This document shows positions 38,677 to 52,264 of a DNA stretch of 64,000 bases, piece after piece; positions within the stretch are counted from its first letter, which is position 1; every line of letters starts with the position of its first letter. The DNA is taken from assembly GCF_018350175.1 (NCBI RefSeq), contig NC_058368.1, positions 214,212,001 through 214,276,000 on the forward strand, read 5' to 3'. This stretch comes from Felis catus (lineage: Eukaryota). A model generated the notes under the pieces. That model was given only the letters and a program-made list of their open reading frames with translations, did no database searches and was not told where the DNA came from. Position numbers and translations under genes: made by a program.

Positions 38677-39335
38677 ATCAAGCCGATATTTTTAATTCAA
38701 AGGTCAAAATAATCCTCTTCCTCCTTTTTGAGCAACTAGTGGGCTAAATATGCTCTTCTAGGGAAGAAAAGTTTTGTACAACAGGTGGAAAACCTTATGT
38801 TTTGCTCAGCTTTAAGCTATGTGTTGTAATTTTCTTTCTCTTGTCACCAGGGTCCATGTATGGTGAATTAAAAAGCACCCTTACCTTTACCCCTGGCTAA
38901 GTATTTTAACTGATTAAGTCTGGGTTCTGGAAACAGACTAAGAACTTTCACAGGATCTCTCTTGTACGTGGGGTCTTTTGCGAGCATTTTGATTCCGTTT
39001 TTAAGGTTGAGCTCTTTTACTTTGATTACCTGAATTATGGGATGCTGCGTTGCTTTTTATTGGGAACCTTCTTCAGTTCTTTTTGTGTATTTTGAACTAT
39101 GTAAGTCAGTTGGTGCAGTGATTCGAGTGTAACTGGTCTAAAGTTGTTTTTGTCCAGTTTTCTGAAGTACTCTGTACGATAAAGTTCTAACTGGGACCCG
39201 TCTGTATATGGTGCACTTGGAACATGTAAAAGAAACATATTATGTGTCCTGGGAGATGGCTTCCTGGAGGAATGTCAGTTGAGTCTTGTTAGTTGAGTCT
39301 TGAACAATCAGTATAAACTGCCAAATGCATGTTTC

Positions 39336-39366
<31 letters not shown>

Positions 39367-39436
39367 TTTTTGCACATGAATTCTAGGCAGAAGGAACTGT
39401 GGGTGAATTTCCAGAGATAAAGTAAGTATGGTGAAT

Positions 39437-39440
<4 letters not shown>

Positions 39441-39488
<48 letters not shown>

Positions 39489-39733
39489 AAACAAATGGAG
39501 CTATGTTTTTTTTTTTTTCAACGTTTTTTAAATTTATTTTTGGGACAGAGAGAGACAGAGCATGAACGGGGGAGGGGCAGAGAGAGAGGGAGACACAGAG
39601 TCGGAAACAGGCTCCAGGCTCCAGGCTCTGAGCCATCAGCCCAGAGCCTGACGCGGGGCTGGAACTCACGGACCGCGAGATGGTGACCTGGCTGAAGTCG
39701 GACGCTTAACCGACTGCGCCACCCAGGCGCTCC
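39441..39733 (-). mobile_element. Young SINEC_Fc-type Can-SINE with double tail
   Basis: Intact body 39506-39733, a unique 19-nt spacer, and a (TTTA)n second tail. Direct repeat tatggtgaatttat at 39427-39440 and 39739-39752. Confidence 0.93.
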
Positions 39734-42700
39734 TGAACTATGGTGAATTTATGAAACTTGGTGCGACTGTAATGTGGGGTGTATGTGTACAGGGAAGGGA
39801 GATTAATGCAGAGGAAAAAGATAGAACATGAAGTCTGGAAGGTAGGCAGGATCCAGATGTATAATGGCCTCAACAGGGTCTGTGGAAAGGAAGGAGGAGC
39901 TCAAAAGATTTAAAAAAATGTAATCAATTGTATACAGTTAGACAATTACTTAACATTGGAGCCCTTTGAGAACTTTAAAATTTGTCATTGTGCCGCCTAG
40001 CAGGCTGTTCTCTAGGCTTCATAAATTCATAGTCTTTCAACTGAACAGAGCAATTTGCTGAGCTTCCCAGTGGCAGGGCTTTCCCTTTCCAGGTGCAATA
40101 AATTCCTTAGGACCTCTTCTTTCCTTTTTCCCTCCAGAGTTTTTACCATACCGGATTCTTTCCCAGATACAAACTATTGTATTAATGGGTAAATCTAGAT
40201 TAAAGTTATTCCTCCCTTGTCACATATTTGCATTTGAGCTGGGAATCCTCAGAAATGGCTTTCCTGGAGATTTCAGGCCCCATGCCAGGCATGAAGGAAT
40301 GTGAGCTCTCAGCTCATCTCAAGCGAGGCCATGCAAGTGTCTGTCTACACTGACTTCAAAGACATTTAATTTTGGTGCTTAATCTGGTGTGCCTGTGAGA
40401 AGCTCACCATTACACTTTCTAAAACTAAACTTAGTATGTGTGGATGTGTATTTAGACTCAGCATAATGGCGTGTGTATGATTTTTTAAATTTAAATTTCT
40501 TTCTTTTCCTTTTTTCTTTCTTCTTCTTTTTTTTTTTTTTTTTTTTTTTGAGTTTGTGCTTTCAAGAATCAACTAAGAAAGTTCTGTTATTTGATCCTGC
40601 TGATGTTCCCTTTCAGACAGCTGCCACCAGCACTGCTTGGCCACTTCCTTTTTATTTCCTATTCCCTTTTAACTGTCTAGCTTACTTTGATATGATTTCA
40701 TCTCTCTCTGTAATGGCAATGAGAGAGGATGTTTTTTCCCAAGGCCATGGCATGATATGCCTTTTAATTCATTTTAGGCTTATTACCTTGCAAATGTAAG
40801 AATGAATTAGGGTTCTGTTTGCCTGGGCCAAGCATGTTTTAGACATGTTGAAAGGTGAAAGTGTACATCAGACCACATGTACGCCTGATAGCCCCTTTCT
40901 GTGACAGAATTGGTTGTTAGAAGTTTGATTCTTGGGTCTGCCACTTTTCTATGTTGTGACTTTGGATAACCCACATAATCTATCTGCTAACTGCCTTTCT
41001 TTTTATAAAATAGTAAAAAATATATCATTTTACCTTCCTGAACTTCCAGGGATGTCGTGCGCTTTCAGATCAGGTGTGAAAGTTGCTTTGAATTCCATGA
41101 ATTCCATGCAAGCATGCTTTTAAAACAGCTTAATACAAAAATGGTGAATAGAGAGCATATTTTGTTTTGGAAAACAATGTGCATTTTTTTTTACAAATAA
41201 TATTTCCATTGCACAATTACAGTTAAATTTTTTTTTTTACTGTGGCTGCTGGATCTTATTTTAACACATGATTTAACAATATGCTGTGCTTTTGACAGCA
41301 TTATACATCTTTCTCTAGAAATCTGTAAGACTGTGCTGTTAATTTGAACCTAAGGAGTGAATCCGGTCCCCAGTGAATATTGCCACCACTGGAATCTGAT
41401 GTCCTGTAAACAATCCACAAAATAAAAATCACAGGTAATGTGGCTATACTGTGGAGGAACTCTTTTCAGTAGATCATAGTAACTATTTTGCAATCCATTT
41501 TTCTTTCTCAGTCACTTCCTTTGGCTGACCTATTGGTAACTCTAAGATGGGATCCATTACTCTATAACTTTAGGAGGAAGAAAGCTTTGTAATTAACACA
41601 GAGACCATACATTTATGTTAAGTAATATGCATAATGAAGTGCCCTTATATTTATATTTATAATTCCTTGTTATTATATACCTTCAATTCTTCCCATGTTG
41701 GATGGTGGCAATTTGCCACAAATTTTTTTGTTTTTTTCAGAGGGGAGGGAACATATGGTCAGTTCCATAGATTTGAAAATTCAGACCATACGTACCCACT
41801 AATGAAATGATTCTGGAATTATGGAAATTGCTTCTTTCTCTCTAAAGACGGAAACTGTGATTCCCAGCTCTGGTTTTACTGCCCTCCAGGGTAGCTTCAA
41901 ACATCCCAGAAAGTGGCATGAAAATTTTAAGACAAAATTAATTTAAACTCATTCTAAATTAAAAACAAATGCATGCCAAATGGTGCTATTAAAGAAATAT
42001 TATCTTGATATCTGATAAATGCAATTTCTAACCTGAATGTATTCCATTCAGTGCACGCTATGTACTAGATGGGGACTATAAGGAGGTGTCATGTGGTCCC
42101 ACTGAAAAGAGCATATAGGGAGGAAGAATTTCGTTGTTCTATAGAAATTTCTTCTTCCAGATTTTCTGATTAAGGCTTGAGATAATTTCAGGACAATGTG
42201 AAAGTGGCAAAATTATAGTTTAAGGTTGACCCCTGTTTTCTGGTAAATCTGAGTTCCGTTTGAACTATAGATAAACCTCCACACAAGGATGAAGATGTTT
42301 TGTCTCATATTCTGTTCACTTTATGCTGTCTGTCCATCGGTATTGAGTTGCTCATTAATCCTTACCTGATGTCACCTACCAGCTGTCTATAAAAGTACTC
42401 ATAAGAAACATCCTCTTTACTTCACTGCATCATTACCATGCTTTTAAAAGAATTATTGTGTCAATTAATTGGCCTTCAGGAGTAAGAACATTATTAATCA
42501 TGGCAGTCTGGTCACCAGTATTTTTGTATCATTTCTTCTATTCTGATCCCTTCGCTAAAGTTCAGCATAATTTCTTTTGAGCCCAAAGTCATGTTATTTC
42601 CTTTCTCCTATGCCTCTATGAGTTCTTTGTCTCATCATAAATGGGACTTTTTTCCCTTTATTTTCTTAAAACATCTTTAGGATTATATCAAGGTAATTCT

Positions 42701-43417
42701 TAAGTTTATAGTTCACACAAAATCTTGTCATATTACTGTTCCATTTATTTGAAATCAAAGTAAAATCACTTACTTTCCTTGACTCATGAGTAATTTCTGT
42801 AGCAGTGGGGAAAAAATAAGATTTATTTAAATTTTTCCCATTGGATGGATATATAATTCATATAGAACCTTGTGTTTAAGGTGTACAAAAAAGCTAAGAT
42901 TTAGATTTCACAACTGCTTCAAGTTGTATTTAGAGCAAATGGTGTTGTTTTGAACAGTGGAGCCTGGGTATGTCAGTATGAATCTCAGTTAGCAATTTGG
43001 TTAAGATCTGAAAAAATGTAAGTAAACAAGGCCATTATCCTTCTGTACCTCAGCCTAAAAAATGCAGAGGCTGTGATGGATCAAAGACTCTTCCAGCAGT
43101 ACCCAACATTTCTATGCTTTTTGTTTTAGAAAATGCGGAAACAGGCTTCATCATAAACCTAAAACTTACAAGGGTAGTAAAGAATGGAGTGGCAAAGGGT
43201 GAATACTCTTTGTATATCCTGAAATTATTCTCATCCCAATTTTAAATTATTCTTTGTATTAGCTCTATTTGGTATAAACATCTAGTTGCAATTGAAGTCT
43301 ACTTTAGTATTACAGAAGAGGCATAACAAATGTTTCTGTTCTGTAACAAAAAAGATTCTTTGCATATGGAATTGTGTATGATGATTTGACTCCCACTATA
43401 ACCAATTTTAGATTTTT

Positions 43418-43638
43418 TCAAGTTTATTTCTTTATTTTGAGAAAGAGAGAAAAAGAAAAAGAGAGAGCATGTGTGCATAAATAGAGTAGGGGAAGGGTGG
43501 GGGGGGAGGAGAGAGAATCCCAAGTACTCTCTGCACTGACAGTGCAGATGCAGGGCTCAGACTCATAGACTGTGAGATCATGACCTGAGCTGAAATCAAG
43601 AGTTGGATGCTTAACTGACTGAGCCACCCAGGTGCCCC
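43418..43638 (-). mobile_element. Can-SINE, older subfamily
   Basis: Imperfect TSD accaa(t/g)tttagat at 43401 and 43639. Confidence 0.92.
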
Positions 43639-43737
43639 ACCAAGTTTAGATCTTTAAAGGCAAAAGATATTGACAAGAAATGCAAATGGTACATGTGACA
43701 GAGACACCTAATTGAACAGTTTGTGGACCCTGTTCAG

Positions 43738-44118
43738 TGTAGAATGGTGCTGGGCAGTGTGGCTGCCCAGCCAGCAACTGGGTTTTCCAGTTCCTTTGCC
43801 CTCGTAGGTGGGGCTGTGTGACTTGTTCTCAACAATGAAATGTAAGAGAAGTGAATTCCAGACCAGTGTGATTAAGAGACAGGTGAGTCATGGCCATAGT
43901 CTCAGTATCCATCCGCTGAATGAAGAGAACTCCTGGTTCCTGGAAGAGGCGGTGTCCAGGAAAGGTGGAAGAAGGATGGGAAGTGAGGCCATGTGGAAGA
44001 CTGCCCAACCAAGAACACCCTCACTAATTCCGCTGTGAAGAATAAACTTCCTGTGTTAAGCCACAGAGAAGTCGGGGCTTATCTATTATAACAGCTAGTG
44101 TTTATGTTGACAAATATA
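43738..44118 (+). mobile_element. MLT1-type solo LTR
   Basis: caatgaaatgtaagagaagtg and aataaacttcctgtgttaagccacagaga...ggggctt are typical MLT1 motifs. Confidence 0.75.
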
Positions 44119-44572
44119 ATATGAAAAATATCATTCTAGTTTTGGGACACTTGACGCAAGTCATTTGCAGAATAGTCAATGGTAAGAGGAATCAAATTGA
44201 ATAATGTTTGCTGTATGTCTCTTTTTAATTTCAACACTGGAAAATATTCTAAAATAATTCCTTTATTTCTAATTTTATTGATCATCTTTTAAACGGAGTA
44301 TATCTGAAAGGTTTTAATGAACTTGTTGAAAGACGAGGCCTCATAGCCTCTTTGAAGGCCTCTTACTTTAAAGGATTATAGTACGGTGGGTTATTCAAGT
44401 GTGTGCCTGTCATTTATGTAAAACATCTAGCACATGGTCCAAATGCACAGCATGGAAAGTTTTGCCTGTGGCTGTATATTAGCATTAATTATTTGGATAT
44501 TGTAAAGCCTAGTACAGTATTCTTATTAGGAGATAATTAAGATTAGTCACATCTCATAAGAACTAGGAATGC

Positions 44573-44776
44573 AGGGATGTCTGGGTGGCTCAGTCGGTTA
44601 AGTGTCCAACTCTTGGTTTCAGCTCAGGTCATGATCTCACAGTTCGTGAGTTCGAGCCCCGTGTCAGGCTCTGTGCTGACAGTGCAGAGTCTGCTTGGGA
44701 TTCTCTCTCTTTCTCTCGCTGCTTCTCCTGCATCTTCTCTCTCTCAAAAATAAATAAATAAACTTAAAAAAAAAAG
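44573..44776 (+). mobile_element. Can-SINE
   Basis: Perfect TSD agaactaggaatgc at 44559-44572 and 44777-44790. Confidence 0.95.
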
Positions 44777-45589
44777 AGAACTAGGAATGCCAATGCACTG
44801 GACATCAATGTGTGATAGACAAAAGAACTCAATATGCTCTAACATTCTAAAGTGCACCGTTTTCTAGCATGGCCATTTTTCTCTCTCTCCCTTCTCTTCT
44901 CTCCTATAATTCCATAGAGACTAGATAAAATTTCAAATTGCAAAATGTTCCAACTGAAATGTGACACAATAGTAAAAATTAAGAAGTATAATTCTTATTT
45001 TACTTACCTGCATTCAAATGTGTGATAGTTTTGAGGGCTTCTGGGGGTTTGGGATAAATTTTACTTTAAATACTACATCAGAAAAATTTAATGTTGATCA
45101 CAGATGGGACTCATATTTATAACGCAATTGTAATTCAATCATCACTTTGGGGACAGAAAGTCCTCCAGGGAGAGTCACACATTTACATGATGTATCTCAA
45201 TGCTCAGGTCTGCATTTGTAACTCTGTTTCTACCAGGAGATGTGTAAAATCACAGACAACTGGTCAACTCCCTATTGGATGAAACTGAAGCCTTATGAAT
45301 TCCATTTTCCACTTATTAAAATTTAATGCCCTAATATTAATAGAGGCTGTGAACTAGGTTTTTGCTAAGATTTTCAGATGAGAATCTGAAATTGGGCCAA
45401 GCTTAGCTTGTACCCAGCAATATTTTGAAGTTGGATCCTTCTCTTTTTATTTCTATTCTGCACCATTTTCCCTCTTTCCCTCATTGTTCTTGTTTTTACT
45501 CTATTACTCTTACATCCTTTCTTGGTGACCAGTCTTTACATCATGTGAGGCTCAGAACCACATCTGTTGGCACAGAACACTTATCATGG

Positions 45590-45830
45590 CTTCCTACTCC
45601 ACTCATCCCTCATCATCACTTCTTGCCTGGATTATTGCAATAGCCCACTGACCTGGTCTCCCTGAATTCAATCTTCTTCAAGTTTATTCTCTAGATTGTA
45701 TCTAGAATGGTGCTCTAGAAATACACCTCTATTTATGGTTCTTCCTACTTGTAACCTTTCAATGTCTTGTCATTGTTCTCATGATAAATTCCAAAGTCCT
45801 TAACAGTGTTGATAGGATTTGGATTGGAGG
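45590..45830 (+). mobile_element. L2 LINE fragment
   Basis: cttgcctggattattgcaatagccc..ctgacctggtctccctg is the typical L2 LDYCNS region. Confidence 0.7.
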
Positions 45831-45893
45831 TCTGGCCTGCTACTTATGGCTGACTGGCTACTATGACCCAGTTATATCTTAGTTTCATTACCT

Positions 45894-46770
45894 GGTCAAT
45901 TCTTATCATTTGCAGTAGTTCTATTCTAGAAGTTGTCACAAACACTGAATTCGTGAATATTGAACCATTGCTCACAGGAGGAATACAGGATTAGGTTCAT
46001 GTGAACCTCTGGTCATATATTTTCATCAACAGATCAATATATAACCTCATTTTATGTGTGTTTCTGCTTAAAGACAGCTTACTTAAAAGGACGCCTGGGT
46101 GGCTTAGGTGGTTGAGAGTCTGACTTTTGATTTCTGCTCAGGTCATAATCTCAGGGTCATGGGATTGAACCCCATGTTGGGCTCCATGCTGAGTGTGGAG
46201 CCTGCTTAAGGTTCTCTCTCTCTTCCTCCCTCTCCCCCTCTGCTGCTGTCTCCCATTTGCATGCTCTCTCTCTCTCTCTTTCAAATTAAAAAAAAAAAAA
46301 AAGAAAAAAGACAGCTTACTTAATACATATTATGGATTGATTAACATTGAACTCTTGGCCAGCAGCATTATAACTCATGCTTAAATGAAGCTTATTTAAC
46401 ACACAAATTTTCTCTATGTGGCACATCACAGCCTTCTTGCACTAGACACTAGACAGCATTTCAGCACTATTCTTGGAGGCCATTTAAAGTAGTGAAATAA
46501 CCAACATAGCACAAAATGCAAAAATCATGGCACTAAATAGACTGTGAAAAGAAAACCTGTTTTCACTGTGAGAGCTGAAATGAGAAGGCAGAACATCACT
46601 TTGTTTGACCTCAGCTGGGGATGGGGTCATGTCGGGTGACTCAAAATTTTCACTGCTCCACACATGTCTGTGAATGGCCACAGAAGTATATAAGTATTGA
46701 TTTAGGGGTTACAAATAAATTTTAGTGAGTAAGGAAATTTGCAAATAAGGAATCTGTGAGTAATAGGGTT
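45894..46770. mobile_element. MER82-type Tigger DNA transposon fossil, interrupted by a Can-SINE
   Basis: aacactgaattcgtgaatattgaaccattgctc..., gcacatcacagccttcttgc..., gggttacaaataaattttag are colinear with the recalled MER82 consensus. Confidence 0.82.
46087..46306 (+). mobile_element. Can-SINE nested in MER82
   Basis: Perfect TSD aaagacagcttacttaa at 46070-46086 and 46307-46323. Confidence 0.95.
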
Positions 46771-46939
46771 ATGCATGAATAAGAATATTCTATTACAGAC
46801 ATTCTTAGTTTCCTACCTCCCATGTCCAACTTGTGGTTAGTTGGCTGATTTCTAATTTCGAATGAGTTGTGTTCACTGTTTCCTCTGTGGCCATGTGCTC
46901 AGAGAGGAGGCCCTGGACATCTGCTAATTCATAACCATC

Positions 46940-47545
46940 TGAACCAGTCACTTTGCCATCGAAAGGTATAGGGATGGGCATGTGGTCCAGTAGCTAGTGA
47001 GATATGGGGGAGAAGGAGGCTCAGTGAGCTGCAAGGCTTCTCAGAGGGATTTTCCTGCTGACAAAAGAACACAGAAAGAGTCACCTCTCCTCCTTTTCTG
47101 TTGGAAGTTTTTTTTTTTAATTTATGTTTATTTATATTTGAGAGAAAAAGAGAGACAGAGTGTGAGGAGGGGAGGAGCAGAGAGAGAGGGAGACACAGAA
47201 TCAGAAGCAGACTCTAGGCTCTGGGCTGTCAGTAAACAGTCTAACTCAGGGCTCGAACCCACAAGGGTGAGATCATGACCCGAGCTGGTTGGACACTTAA
47301 CTGACTAAGCCACCCAGGCGCCCCTCTATTAGAAGTTTTCCTTCTGCAACAGCAGATAACAGGGATGGCATCTGAAACCATGAAGACAAAGTTGATATAC
47401 TAAGTATGGCTCAGAGAAAATTTGAAGAAAATCTAGGTTTTTGAGGACATTGATGAAAACCAGAATTACCCAGTGAAGCCTTCTTGATACATGAGATAAT
47501 AAAACTTTATGCCAAAACCTCTGCAACCTAAAACATCCTCATAGT
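46940..47545 (+). mobile_element. MLT1-type solo LTR interrupted by a SINE
   Basis: agggatgggcatgtg...ccttcttgatacatgagataataaa...tgcaacctaaaacatcct. Confidence 0.6.
47112..47324 (-). mobile_element. Can-SINE
   Basis: Imperfect TSD tct(g/a)tt(g/a)gaagtttt at 47097-47111 and 47325-47339. Confidence 0.93.
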
Positions 47546-47901
47546 GTGTGTTAGTTTTCACAAGGCTAGGGGAAGGAGTAAATGGGATAATTTATAAATA
47601 AATATACATGTATGTATATATATACATGCCATCTGTTATATGGTTGAGACTTGATAAATGTGGACTTCCTTATTGTATTTTTAGATATAGAAATACTCTA
47701 TGAGTTAAAGACTAAGCTATCAAATATTTGTTGTCACTGTTTCAAATTAATAGTAAAATGAGCTGACTCGAAACCTTGTAAGGTATTTTATTTCAGTGTT
47801 TTTGCTTAGAATTATGATTCCCTTAGCTCCTTTTGCCCTCTTGGATATTTGTAACTCAACTATTCACTTTTCTATTATACCAGGCATTGGTTAATAACTT
47901 A

Positions 47902-47997
47902 TTTTTAAGTGATCTGTACAGCCAGCATGGGGCTTGAACTCACAATCCTGAGATCAAGAGTCACATGTTCCACTGCCTAAGCCTGCCAGGCACCTCA
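47902..47997 (-). mobile_element. Short old Can-SINE (tRNA-like head plus tail)
   Basis: ggggcttgaactcacaatcctgagatcaagagtcacatg...ccaggcacc. Confidence 0.8.
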
Positions 47998-49413
47998 GTT
48001 AATACTTTAAATTACACTATCGTGATTATTATAAAATTGTCACAATATTTCTGTAACAAATTAATCATGTTATAAATTAGAGAAACCCTATATTGCAGGG
48101 GGCTTTGTCAATATCCCAAATGAAGAATGGCAAGCTTTCAGAAATTGAAGTTTATGTATAAAAAGTATATTGATGGAATTCATTCTCAGCCATTGTTCAT
48201 TCAACTAAGTATTTATTAATTCTACAATAATCAGAGCATGGGCTTGGTTGCAAAGTGCTCTAGCAGATATGCATTATGCTTCTAAGGCTTAGAATGTTTG
48301 GTATGGCCTAGGCTGTAAAGTTTTGGAGACCATGGGGTGCTTTTCAAACATCTTTGTATTGTCCATGCTGCCAAGTCTAGAAACTTTATCACAATAAGTC
48401 CTCAGTAGATACTTGTCCGGTAATGGTCTGTTGTTACATAGAACATGTGTGCTTGTGTGCTCTCTCTGTCTGTCTCTCACACAAACACATACACTTATAT
48501 AGGACTACTATTTCCCAAAAAATTATGATCCTTCCTCTGCTGAATTTGTAAATAATATTGATGACTCTGCATCCTAGTATTTCCTCAAGTTCACACATTT
48601 CTCCATTAATTACATGCCCCAAACCACCTGAGAAGTGTCATTTGTCCAGCTTCATGGAATGCTCGGTCACTTCATGACACTGTCGTCACTAATGGTTCAT
48701 AGGTGAGAGCATTTGGTGACTTTCTTTATGATTTCCCTTTGCTGAGCAGCCGGATGAAGCCACACCATTGAGCAGGGATTTGCACTGCTGTCATCTCTTG
48801 TGAGTGTATACTGAGACCTCGAGCTGATGTTCTTTAATTTCCAAATGATTTCTCTGCAATATTCCTAGGATTCTGACAAGTAGTCAAATAAGCGGTTATT
48901 TTTTTTTCTTACAGAAAATGCATTTGAGCATCTAAAATAAAATAATTTTCTCTTTTTGATATAGTATTTAATTTTCTTTTAAACATTTCAGTCTAATATT
49001 CTCACTGACTCTGCCATTGCAATCATGTTTACATAGGGATTGCCATGTTATTCCCTATACAACATGCACAATAAAACTGAGAAACTTCTAATCAGACCTC
49101 CCTCAATTACAATGAAATTAACATAAAACATGAATTTAAACTGTTTTAGGTGCTATGTAAATGTTATTACTGTTAATTACTATTTCAAATTTTTATGACC
49201 ACTGAAAACCTCACTGTAATAAAAAAATAGCTATTTTTAATGGACAGCAATGCATCTTTTAAAATACTCATGGATTAGATTTTACAGTGAAAGAATAATG
49301 GCCTTTTAGAGATTTGTAGGGGTAGTTGATTTATGTTATTTTGAATAAACGTGTAGTGATGATGGCTAACTTGGCTGTCTCTGGTAAGATGCTCATGGTT
49401 CTCTATGAGATGG

Positions 49414-50000
49414 TGTGTTAGGATACACTAAGTTAAGTGGCAGTTAAAAAAAAAGTTCTAAAATCTCAGTGGATTAATACCACAGAAATTTATTTCTCCT
49501 TCAGGCCACATGTTCATTGGGGATTGACAGAGGGGAGGCACTGTTCAGTGTGGTCACTCAGGTGTCAAACTAATGGAGGCTCCATCTGGACATAAAAGAG
49601 AATGCGGACTGAAAACTTCTCCTGGGAGGGGCACCTGGGTGGCTCAGTTGGTTAAGTGTTTGACTTGGGCTCAGGTCATGATCCCGCCGTTGATGAGTTC
49701 AGGCACTGCTTTGGGCTCTGTGCTGACAGCTCAGCGCCTGGAGCCTGCTTCGGATTCTGTGTCTCCCTCTCTCTCTGCCCCTCCCCTGCTCATGCTGTGT
49801 CTCTCTCTGTGTCACAAAAATAAAATTAAAAAAAAAATTTAAATTTCTTCTGAGAAGTGACATTTATCCTTTGTACTCATCTTTCATTGGCCAAAGCAAG
49901 TCCTATGACAGACATCAGCCAGGTGGGCAGGAAGTACCACCCCCCTCCTACAGGCTGGAAGGAGAATTGGGATCTCTGAATAGCTCTAAGCCCATCAGCA
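49414..50000 (-). mobile_element. MLT1-type solo LTR interrupted by a SINE
   Basis: aaatctcagtggattaataccacagaaatttatttctc...tttcattggccaaagcaagtc. Confidence 0.72.
49628..49837 (+). mobile_element. Can-SINE (SINEC_Fc-like)
   Basis: ggggcacctgggtggctcag head, (CT)n and A tail. Confidence 0.94.
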
Positions 50001-51417
50001 TTTTAATACTGGAAATGCCATTGGAAAGAGGAGTTTGGGGCCATTTCCTGAAGCGGTGTTTGCAAAGCACACAAATCACTTTTATGTTTTTTGGGTTGGT
50101 GTTTTTTAATGGGGGGGGGGGGTTAATAGGAGGCTATTAAGAGAGAAGCTTTAGGTGTTACAAGCTACCTCTTTGTCCCACCTGTGTGTTTCTTCAGGAA
50201 GTGTAAGTAGCGCTGAACTCTGTTTTAGGGCAATACATGAATTATTGCATGCAAGGCAGTGAGATATCTGTGCACATTAAGTTAATAGTTTGTTTTACTT
50301 ATATATGTGAAGTTTAAAGTGATCAAATGGTGATTTTTTGACATCAGTACCTGTAATGGAATGATGCAGTCAAATCCTCAACCTATTTATAAAAAATGAG
50401 ATACAGCCCCCCTCTTGACTTCTTTTGAGCTGAGTACTATAAAATATCGTAATAAAAACACAAAAATCACATCATTTTAAGTGTGTTTAATAATCACTTG
50501 ATGTATTATTTTTATACTGGTGTCAATTTATTGAAGATTTCAAAAATTAAAAAAAAAAGAAAAAAGAAAAATGGAAACCACAATAGTGTCATAGCTACAA
50601 GTAAGAGTTGTTTTTTTTTTTTTTTTGGTTTTTTTTTTTTTTTTTTTTTTGGGTGCAGGGAGTGGGGGAGGGATTAGAATGACCTTGGGTAGTAGGTAGG
50701 TTTTATTGGCCTGGTTACATACCAAAAAGTCTATTTTCAAAACTGGCTTAGAGAAATATAAGACAAAATAAGATAATTTTAATTTAGCATGAATTAAAAA
50801 AAAAGTGGGCATATGCTTTTTTGAGCAAAAGTTTAGCATTAAATTGACCAATATGCCAATTGGAAAGTAATGCCCTTAATGGAAGTATAATGAGTAATGA
50901 GGTCAAGAAATGGATGTAGTCTAAATTATTTTCTTAATAAAGAACAGACCTTTGTCTCTAATTTCTTTTAATTTCAACAATAAAGATTTTAAAACAGTAG
51001 ACAAAGGGCACTAGACTGGGCTTCTGTTTTATAAAATGTCATCAAAAAGTCTTACATTTTTAATAGGACTATCTTATACATGCTGCATTTGTTTTCAGGA
51101 ACTTTGAAGCTTCAGAGGTGTTCTCTTTTGTTACTAAGTTACCTCTCCTGTTGGTTTATTACCACTCTATTAATGCTTGTTCCTCTATTAAGGAAGTCCT
51201 AGCAGACTTCCTCCTAGCTGTACAAAGCTGGACCTGTACATGCTCAGTCCGAGGAGATAATCACTGGGACCAACAAGCTTCTGCAGAGATGTGCCTCTGC
51301 TCACAGCAAGAGAGGAAATAGGAAATGACTTGGGGCCAGTCTTGCTAAGCTGGAAAAATTAATTAGACACACTCCTAAATGGAATCTAAAAGCATTATAA
51401 TCAGAAAAAGGAGAAAG

Positions 51418-51620
51418 AGGGCGCCTGGGTGGCTCAGTTGGTTAGGCATCTGACTTTGGCTCAGGTCACAATCTTGCAGTTGCTGAGTTCGAGCCCTGAG
51501 TGGGACTCAGTGCTGACAGCTCAGAGCCTGGAGAGTGCTTCAGATTCTGGGTCTCTTTCTTTTTCTCTGCTCCCCACCCCCACTGTCAAAAGATGAATAA
51601 ACATTAAAAAAAAAAAGAAA
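51418..51620 (+). mobile_element. Can-SINE
   Basis: TSD agaaaaaggagaaag at 51403-51417 and 51621-51635. Confidence 0.94.
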
Positions 51621-52152
51621 AGAAAAAGGAGAAAGGGTATGTGAAAGGTTGCTTATCATTCCCACCTGGAAACTGATAAAACATTTATGGCTGTTTAGTA
51701 CCTTTTGACAATGCCAGCTTTCTTTTCAGTCATGTTAACCAGAAAGGGGCATCACCATTGAATAGTCGTTTTTATTATTTTGGTGGGTTCTGTTTTTAAA
51801 TTTTTAAAAATATTTTTAGTTATGAGACAAGGCCAGTATACTAGAAATCAAAATTAGTGAGCTTTGCTGAAACAAGCATATTACCCTTAAAAATTTGGGA
51901 AATAAAACTACCAATAGCTCTGACCTCAGAGACACTAGCCTTTATAATATGCAGAGCAGTCCCATCTAACGTCAGGTCTACAAAACAGAAATTGCTACAA
52001 TTCAGTTGCAAGCTTTATGTTCTTAATTCCTGTCATTATTTTGTCAAGACATTGGGAGGGAAGCTGGAAAAGCAAATTTTATCTCCCAGAAAAAAAGTAA
52101 ATCTCTGAACAATAGCTTCTGCAGGTCTTCATGTTACTCCAGTAATTTTGGT

Positions 52153-52222
52153 TATTTTATTTTGTTTTATTTTATTTTATTTTATTTATTTATTTTTATT
52201 TTATTTTATTTTATTTATTTTA

Positions 52223-52260
<38 letters not shown>
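52153..52260. repeat. (TTTTA)n(TG)n compound microsatellite
   Basis: Read directly. Confidence 0.95.
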
Positions 52261-52264
<4 letters not shown>

